This document shows positions 55,346-64,000 of a stretch of 64,000 nucleotides of DNA, piece by piece (positions within the stretch are counted from its first letter, which is position 1; each line of letters begins with the position of its first letter). Source of the stretch: Octopus vulgaris (Eukaryota). Under the pieces are notes generated by a model that saw only the letters and a program-made list of their open reading frames with translations, did no database searches and had not been told where the DNA came from. Both the position numbers and the translations under genes were made by a program. The stretch covers positions 43,214,001-43,278,000 of the forward strand of contig OX597820.1 of assembly GCA_951406725.2 (NCBI GenBank), given 5' to 3'.

Positions 55346-56477
55346 ACGAAGAAATATTACAGTCAAAATCACGGGTAAATGATTTTATATATACTTTATA
55401 TACACCATCCAGTCTCTGTAGAGGAAGTTTCCTTTTAATAAAAATACACTTATATGTATTTCTAACACCTAAGCTATTAGAAAATGTGAAATTTGGATTC
55501 TCATATATCTCAAGGAATAATATAAAGCTAATATGAATAGCTGTGAAGCATGAACAAATGAAAACGTTTTTACTGTTTTCAAGGAAAGAATGGCGAAAAG
55601 GCGAGGCTGTTTTCTCAACAAAAGAAATACTACGGAAATTATAAAAATTCTAAAACACAAATAACAAAAAAAAAAAAGTTTGTCCCTCGTAAGCTTCCAA
55701 TCTAAATAATGCACGTGTAGTTGGGTTTTCATGGTTTAATAAAGAGACATATGATACATGGGCCAAGTTAACAACTGAATGCAATGTCGCCTTTCATGTT
55801 AAATGGACGTTGAATATAGAATTACCTGCGTGGTTTTCGTTCAGAAACATTTAGTGATGGCTGTTATCAAATATACTATCGTCGACGTCTTACAGCAGGA
55901 GATCGTACTGCTAATGTGCATGTTAGAAATGAAGAGAAAGGAAGAGGGAATATGACGAGAACGAATGCTAGTACTTGGCTAATAGCTTATTTTCTCGATC
56001 CCGAAGGACGGAAAGCAAAGTAGACTACAACATGTTCTCAATTGAGAGTGCAGATAATCGGAAACAAATCAAGGCAATCCATTCTATCCGACCCAGCAAG
56101 AATTCAGACAATTTGCCAGCTAACTTGAACGCAAAAAAATTTATGAATGAATTTCACAAAGCTTAACCTGTGTGTTTGTTGCTTGAGTTTTGATTTAAGG
56201 AGACTACCAACAAATCTGGTACGGATTTTTAAATTGATAAGCTTGTTTTACACGAAGAAGTATTAAGAAATATCAAAAAATGTAGAACTGTGTCCAGAGA
56301 AAGATATATAAAATATATTTATTTCACTACATATGCACTCACATGTAAGGTTTTACATAAATTTATAGACATGAAGATATTTATAAACTCACATATATGT
56401 ATACATATGTACACAGATACGCGCGCACGCACACACACGCACAATCACATGCATACATAGATACATATATATGTGTA

Positions 56478-56535
<58 letters not shown>

Positions 56536-56553
56536 CATAAATATATATATATA

Positions 56554-56589
<36 letters not shown>

Positions 56590-56619
56590 TACATACATGC
56601 ATACATACATACATACTGT

Positions 56620-57250
56620 CAAAAGTGAGGATGTAATTTCTTCGTCAGGGGTTTTTTTAAATCCGGATATCAACTAGTGTTATCAATTTATACATTAAGA
56701 GAAAATTCCTCAATATATAGAGATAAACTCTCCAATATTGTGTTAAGAAAATATAAGAAAATGGAGAAGAATTATAACGGATACCTAATTGATTTTATTC
56801 GAATCACGATGAATACATAACAAATAATATAGTACAAATAAAATTTCAAGTAATACACTCAATATAAGAAAAAAGACAAAAAAAGACACCTACACTTGTT
56901 CCAATCTTGCCACTAGCTGAACAATTCGTTCGGATAATCACGATTCGAACCATGTTAGATGTAAAAGAGCCCAATAGTGTGTCCGGACTTCCTCAGGGTA
57001 AAATTTGTTACACATCGTTGATAAATAACGAGTAAGATTGATGCGGACCGTATTTTCGAATATTCAAATAACGGAAATAATAATTGTTTTAGGAAAGGTA
57101 GGACACGGAGGTGGTGGTGGGGAGATATTATTGAATGAAATCTTACTATAATACTATGGTGTATTTGAAAATATACTGCTATATGAGTTAAGGGAATAAA
57201 ATAGTCATTTGATAGAATAATGGGAATAAACATAATTGATTTTTGATATA
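56620..57250 (-). repeat. Degenerate PLE-terminal-like repeat with HHR-like motif
   Basis: Minus strand cc-ctgagga-a-gtccgga..tccgaac-gaat at 56915-56999, and a second cccctgacgaag near 56641-56652. Confidence 0.4.
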
Positions 57251-57731
57251 AGATATAAAATATGAAATATTAAGAAATAAGTTTGTTATAATATTTACAT
57301 GTTATAATCAAGAAAGAAAAATACTCCTGTATTGTATAGTAAAAGAGTAATTTAGAACGTATATCGTAGGAAAGTTAATATCATTTTTTGTCAATATTTA
57401 GCATTTCAATGGACGAACAGATACAATCTATTATTTGGATAAAAGTTATTAGATATATAAAAATTATAGTCTACATACTTTCTAAGAGGAATTTAAATCA
57501 TTTTGCTAAAAATTAAAAGATATGATATAGTTCTATAAAACCCGCTACGTATTTCTAAGATTTAATTGTAAATAACGACAAGTAATCTCGCTTTGTTCAT
57601 GTGGGTAAATAATTTCTAAAGATATTATTATGATGAAAATTATAATTTGTTTTAATAGAGAAGTATATTTAAATTTGTGGATGATATGGATATATATATA
57701 TATATATAGATACATACATACATACACACAC

Positions 57732-57764
<33 letters not shown>

Positions 57765-58381
57765 ATAGTAATATAAATAATATATATATGCATATATACA
57801 CATACGTATATATACATACTTACATCTATACGTATATATATGTGCATATGTGGGCACAGGACGTTACGATAAGTTTACATCAAACAATACGAAGTATGAG
57901 TAATTGGGATATGAACGATTTGTTCGAACAACGAAAGACACAAATGGAGAACAAGACAAACAACACAAAACGACCCTTCATCAGTTGTTGGCTGTTTTTC
58001 TACTCTCGTATTTCGAGCATTTAACAACAAGATACGTTTTCGATCAAACAGCTGCTCCCGCAAAGCAAATTTTAAAAAAATCTGGAATTTTGTGGAGGGT
58101 CAAAAATGGTAACACAAACAGGACAGTGAAACCAAACAGGAAGGGCTGCTAAGCCTAAACGAGGTTGTGGAGCGAATACGTAAATCAATCTTTACCAGGA
58201 AGGAAGAGTGAGGAAGAGAGAAACGTGGAATTTTCTAGGTGCATGTTTGAATATATTAAAAATTTCAATACACTGAAACATGCGTAGGCATCTATTTTGA
58301 TAATTTTTATGTTAATTAAATAAGTATCCAGAATATTTCTTTTCCTTTTTCATATATTTACTTAACATTATATATATATAC

Positions 58382-58414
<33 letters not shown>

Positions 58415-58539
58415 TGTATGTATGTATGTATGTATGTATGTATGTATGTATATATGTATATACATACATACATACATACATACATACATACATACATACA
58501 TACATACATACATACATACATACATACATACATACATGT

Positions 58540-58775
58540 AGCAGCAGACACACGGTCGGAGGATCGCTGTTTCCATTCCCATACCGGGCGTTGTATATGT
58601 CTATCGAGCGAAGACACCTAAAAGCTCCACGAGGCTCCGGTAGGGAGTGGTGGCGACCCCTGTTGTATTCTTTCGCAACCACTTTCTCTCACCCTCTCTT
58701 CCTGCTGGGGGAACACATACGCCACAGAAACCGGGAAACCGGGCCCATGAGTCTGGCTAGGCTTGAAAAGGGCGA
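58540..58775 (+). mobile_element. SINE-like repeat (family C)
   Basis: GC-rich island after (CATA)n with a degenerate B-box-like gtttccattccc. Shares sequence with 12560-12605. Confidence 0.55.
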
Positions 58776-60566
58776 GAAAAAAAATATATATGTGGTTAAT
58801 GAAATTTACCAGAATTCCTTTAATGTCGAATGGGGGCACCTAAGAACCTAAGAATGGGGCACCTAAGAACTGGTTCAGGAGCATCCAGACGGTGCAGATG
58901 TGTCTCATCGGGTGATAAATAGATACAACTCGTTAAAATAACTGTTCTGCAATGCACCTTCTCATTTCGTAGAAACAAAAACAGCAAAACAAAGGAAATA
59001 CCTTCGTTTATATAGATCAAAAATGAAATCACAGCTGCAAGGCTAACAAATATTTACATGCTGTTGTTTATAAACGTTTGTGTATTTCGGGAAACACTAT
59101 TCCAAAAGAAGAATTCTTTCACATTGGCTCGAAATATATAATTTCCAAAATTGATATGAAGGAGAATTTTGTGTACCCGGACGACTTGACAACAATGCCA
59201 TTCAAATATTCATTCAATCATACTAAATTATATATGTATTGGAGTCTTCGATCTAATTATTTTTGTAGACTGTCCCCGTGTAATTATTTAATGGCGAGGT
59301 CAGAGGTGAACAGCGAGCGACTATGACACTTTGCTTTCAGGGCACCTGAGGTAAGTGTGAAAAAGGGTCAAATTTGCTGTGGGATCAAAGACATAGCTTG
59401 AAAGCTTGTAACAGAGTGAACATGACTAAAGGTACTCAATGACCAGCAGTTAATGTTACGCTGAGTTAAGAGTAACGTTATACGATTAATAAACAGGTGC
59501 AAATACTCCGACTGGCTGTCATAACTAAGTTCTACTGAATTTCCGTTGTCCACGCACATATGTGACACCTTAATCTATGTCTTTAACTGGAAAGACCTTT
59601 CCATAATTCCGAATAGTGGAACTGAACCTGAAAACACATGCTTTTGAAATAAACGACTAAACCACGCAGTTATGCTCTGATTGCTTAATTAGGACTTCAG
59701 GAGAGTTGTTGTTTACAAGCGTAAAATTCTGAACGATATTTCGTTAGCACGTGAACTTTGTTCTTTCAAGGTTGTACTGAATAATACTGTAATACATTTT
59801 TTGTTGTTCGATGATACTGAAGAAATTTCCAAACTCTTAACCAAAGTGCAAGACCTGTCTCAATTATAGATGCCACTTCCTGTTTTTGCAAACTGTTCCT
59901 TTAAACAATAAGCTATTTGAGTTAACCTAAAATGGAAATATTGAGTTTCCGAGGAACATGAAAGCATCTATCCACAGGCTAATCTATATCTTAATTATAT
60001 ACTATACACCAACGTCTTTCAAATATATTTCTAATCAATGGCATTGTCACAAGAGAGTACACACCACGCCAATGTCTTAAAAGTATATATTAGAAATATT
60101 TATCACGCATTAAAGAAGTACTTATGAAAAAATACAAAACAAGAAATGTTCGTTTTTTTTATGCAACACAATGTGCTTATTATTTTTTTTTCTATTCCTT
60201 TCATCCTGCTTCAAACAGCTCTACATCAGAGAGTATCTCTCCTATCTAATATGAAAGCAATATAAGATTTGAACAAAAACGGTTTAATACACAGGCACAT
60301 TTATTAATTGTTCAGTTTCGCGCAATTTCTCGTGTTCCTTAGATGTACTTAATAAACTAAACCAACAATTTGACCATAACCAATACCTAAGGTAACTATA
60401 GTCGATTAGATCTCAACGTTGACGCTTGGTGATTTTAATCTAGCGCGATACCGTTGCTACTGCAGCGAATGTGGGAGTTAACACTACTGCTGATGTCGCT
60501 GTTTCTAATTCTCCTACGGCAGCCATTGATCTTAGTAACTTTGGTGACGATGATACTTACACCGGA

Positions 60567-60640
<74 letters not shown>

Positions 60641-61088
60641 CATTATTGATATTGTTATTATTATTATTATTTCATTTCGTTGGCGTTTGTGTTGGTGTTG
60701 CGTTTATCGTTAGAGGTTGTTTCTCTAATGGTTCTTTTCGCATTGTAGTCGTGAGTTTCTCTTTGTTGTCAATGTTTATATGTTCAACTTTGATGGCAAT
60801 ATACGCCAAACTATTGATGCTTCCGTTATATACCAAGCTTTGTAAACTACTTCATAGGTTTATTGCCTCTATTATATACTATATTTCTCTCTCGTCTGAT
60901 TAGATCATACATATATGTGTATGCGTATGTGTGTGTTTGGGTGTATGGGTATGTATGTATATATACAAGTATATATATATATATATATATTTAAATAAAT
61001 ATACATATACTTATATAATCAGTTTTTCAGGTATACCTGTGTATAATTCTTGTCAAAGTATCACCTAAATGGTGTATATATTATATAT

Positions 61089-61198
<110 letters not shown>

Positions 61199-61538
61199 CA
61201 CTTCCACGTGTATAAATATGTATGTATATATCTGTGAAATGCTTGATATTATCACATATATATTAACAGATGTGTTGTATATATTCGTATATTTTATATA
61301 TCCCAGATTATTATATTTCGTGTTTATTCTCTCTCTCTCTCTCTCACTCTCTCTCTTGCTATCTCTTTCTCTCTCTCTCTCTTGCTATCTCTTTCTTTCT
61401 CTCTCTCTCTCTCCCTCTGTATATATATATATATATACATATATATACATGCGTATACATATACACAAATATAATTGCATGCATATACACATGCATACAT
61501 ACAGACATGTATGCGTATGTTCTGTATAGGTCTAAGGA

Positions 61539-61577
<39 letters not shown>

Positions 61578-61942
61578 ACATACATGCGCTAGCACGTACC
61601 GAATGTTTAGCCGTTCGTTTAAAGTTTGGTTTAAACGTCCTTTGTTTCCTTTTCCTCAATAGTGTCTTTATGTTATGTATATACCTGGGCGTTCATGCAA
61701 TATTTCATCTTGTAAAATGTAGGTATTGCTTACCTTATGGTGTTTAGTCATCTACAATTAACATATTCCATTATTTTTCTTTTTGCTGTATTTCCTCGCA
61801 TCAGGAGATACATAATATTTGGTCTGCCAAATATTTATGAGCTCAGAGAAGAGGAAAATGAATTAATATATAAATAATAACAATAATAATAACAATGATT
61901 ATGATGACGATGAATACGATGAGGATGCTGCTGCCTCTTATG

Positions 61943-62016
<74 letters not shown>

Positions 62017-62076
62017 GATAAAAGTAGCAACAATTAGAAAAAACCTTTCTGCAAGTTTCTTTAAGCCTATGCCAAG

Positions 62077-62146
<70 letters not shown>

Positions 62147-62246
62147 TTGTGCATGTATGTATGTATATATATATATACAACATATATAATATACATATAT
62201 ATATATACGGTGATGTATACACACAACCACACCCACACACATATGT

Positions 62247-62312
<66 letters not shown>

Positions 62313-64000
62313 TTAGAACACCATTTACGTTCATATACACACACATTTACATATATATTTAAGTATATCTATAAGCTCTCTGTCACAACATATGAATGCT
62401 TCTACTGATAAATAGTGTTCCATAATAATTTGATTTCTTAAATGCGTTGGTCATAACAAATGCTTATAAATGATTCTATGATATATGAATTTACTGGACT
62501 ATTTGTGTCATCAACTTGCTTTTGTATGCTATATTCAATAGTGGATAAATAGATGAATCACTTCTGTGTGATATTTCAGTAGATATATATATTTTTTCTT
62601 TTGATTTGTTATTTACTTTGAAACACTATGAGTTTCCGATTTGCAGATATTACAGAAAGATGTGTAAAGGCGCAATCAATTGTTACTCTAAAATTATATA
62701 CATTTCTGTTACGTGGTGTAGTTATATAGTTCCTCGTTTTGCAATAACAGTATCGAAATCCAACTAAATCAATACACATCCTTATTTGAGGACTTATAGT
62801 TACTGATGATAACAACTCTCATTGTAAAGCATCAATATATATATAAATTACCCTTAAAACAGAAATCAAACCCCGAAACATTTTGTTCGTTTTTCTTTTT
62901 AAGATAGCAAGGAGGATAGATTAACAGTGAAATTGCTTCTACTTAAAGGCAGTTGAACAAGTACTTATATCTTACTTGTAGGTTCCGTGTCCATCTAGGC
63001 TGCAATCTTCAGAAGCTTCGTTATAATCTAGGTACCCTAACGATTACCATTCTCAAAAATAATTTCCAGTCAAGATACTCAAATATTTGATTTAACATAC
63101 GCTGGGTAAATGCGTAACGAAAGCTGGAGACTGAAACGGTGGAAAAAATTGGCAAAAATATGTCCGGATCACCTAAGGCAGAAGCCCTACTAGAGACGGA
63201 TGGGATTGATTATCATATAAAATCGACATGTTCAGTTACGGCATTGCACATGATAATATACCAATCCATGTTGAATAAACTACGCAGTCATCAAGTAGAA
63301 GACATACACATACAATTAAGTGTCTTTTTTCTATCCGTTTAACTTAAAACATACTTCTCCATCACACAAGCTAGTATTTTCTTGCAAGATTTGAAGAAAT
63401 ATAGCCATAGAAAATATAAGCATTTATTCATATGCCTGATATGAATAGCCTGATGACACGTGTTAACAATAACAGTTCAATTATAAACGTATAAAACATA
63501 CTCATTTATCTAAAATTGCCTAGAAGAATTTACTAGTCTCACTCACCCAGCGTATGGAAGATATATTTTACTTGTATATTTTAAGGACATGTCCTTAAAT
63601 GAGACTATGAAGACACAAATTATATGAGCATTATGCTCGATAACATTTTTAAGGTGACATGATATGATGAATTACCGTCTATTAAACTGCTTAAGTTACT
63701 GAAACTTAGTTGGAAGGAGAAGCTAAGCTTCATGGGATTTTAAATACATGTGCTATAATTTATTAAGTACGGCGCTCTCTATTCCTCTCCCTCTCTCTTC
63801 CGACCAATTCACTGCATATTGTGCATGTTTATTAATATACCACGTTAACAAGTACTATGTAAATTTAAAAAAAGGTTTTGTAATTGGGTCATAACATAAA
63901 AATGACAATTCTTTGTTGTCTAATATTGATAACTCTTATTCAATCAAACTGTGTATTAATAACATACAACATAGTAATATTGATTATTTGCTGACATAAA

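Noticed and set aside
57852-58000. Possible further HHR relic (minus strand ctgatgaaggg and gtaacgtc)
   Set aside because: The core halves are too far apart and stems cannot be paired convincingly.

Overview
AT-rich, microsatellite-saturated eukaryotic (metazoan) non-coding DNA. The repeat content is reminiscent of an octopus/cephalopod genome, which is an inference only. I found no credible host protein-coding exon, and almost every listed ORF is a translation of (TA)n, (TAA)n, (CA)n or (TATG)n tracts. The window is a graveyard of mobile elements: one Penelope-like element (RT + GIY-YIG, about 16.9-19.3 kb), one CR1/L2-group LINE (about 22-24 kb), at least six R4/Dong-like restriction-like-endonuclease (REL) retrotransposon fragments mostly in (TAA)n tracts, several Tc1/mariner remnants, many tRNA-type SINEs, and a 5S-rRNA-derived SINE-like insert. 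The most interesting signal is RNA-level. Several unrelated short non-coding repeats carry minimal type I hammerhead ribozyme (HHR) motifs. These include a 353-bp tandem with two intact cores at 42.4-43.1 kb (a retrozyme/Penelope-pLTR-like candidate source of a 353-nt monomer or circular RNA) and a tRNA-headed, HHR-tailed SINE that occurs as a head-to-head dimer. All folds and alignments were done by eye and need computational and experimental confirmation.
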